A stretch of 7,460 nucleotides of DNA from Octopus sinensis (taxonomy: Eukaryota): the NCBI RefSeq assembly GCF_006345805.1, contig NW_021828908.1, forward strand, positions 1 through 7,460, read 5' to 3'. A program made the translations under genes and the position numbers. Positions 7,201 to 7,460 of this stretch are shown piece after piece; the stretch's first letter is position 1; the number at the start of each line of letters is the position of its first letter. The notes under the pieces were generated by a model, which searched no databases, was not told the DNA's origin, and saw only the letters and a program-made list of their open reading frames with translations.

Positions 7201-7353
7201 GAGCAGAAGTAATGGGGAGCATCATAGCCATGTATTGAGAGGAATTCTTTGAGATTTCAATAATTCACTTCTGGAAACACGAGTGTTTCAATCAACATCC
7301 TTAAACAACCCTTATTGAGGGAGCTTTTGAGCGGTATGTGCTACTCGACCTGA
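7201..7353 (+). mobile_element. Second, partial copy of the 6697-7189 element
   Basis: 7214-7353 aligns without gaps to 6820-6959 with 23 mismatches in 140 nt by hand count (about 84% identity). Similarity stops abruptly after tactcgacctga. Confidence 0.9.
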
Positions 7354-7460
7354 TTATAGAAACCAAGACATAAGCTAAAAGAAAAGAAAAGAAAAATTCA
7401 TGGCATGGCTACGGTTGGAGGGCTTTTGAGCCTAGGACTGATTGATCAGAGATTTCAGGC

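Noticed and set aside
6820-7353. Direct repeats that might suggest LTRs or a CRISPR-like array
   Set aside because: Only two diverged copies with an AAT tail between them, no TG...CA termini, PBS or spacers; they are two retroposon copies.

Overview
AT-rich eukaryotic non-coding DNA made almost entirely of decayed non-LTR retroelements and microsatellites. The repeat families resemble octopod cephalopod repeats as I recall them; this is not a database result. Contents: (1) about 2.8 kb of a dead CR1-clade LINE ORF2 on + (APE endonuclease plus RT, many stops and frameshifts) with its 3' UTR and tail; (2) about 1.6 kb of compound TA/CA/TACA/CTAT microsatellites; (3) a head-to-tail cluster of old tRNA-derived SINE remnants and one better-preserved tRNA-head SINE; (4) a 5'-truncated second, unrelated CR1 LINE on - lying between GAA tracts; (5) an (AAT)n tract carrying serial insertions of (AAT)n-tailed retroposon pieces, one with a perfect 32-bp fold-back at its 5' junction. 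No intact gene, CRISPR array or clearly new biological system is supported. The best leads are mechanistic: a 3'-end motif shared by the two divergent CR1 families, the fold-back junction, microsatellite-targeted insertion, and several templated-repair scars.
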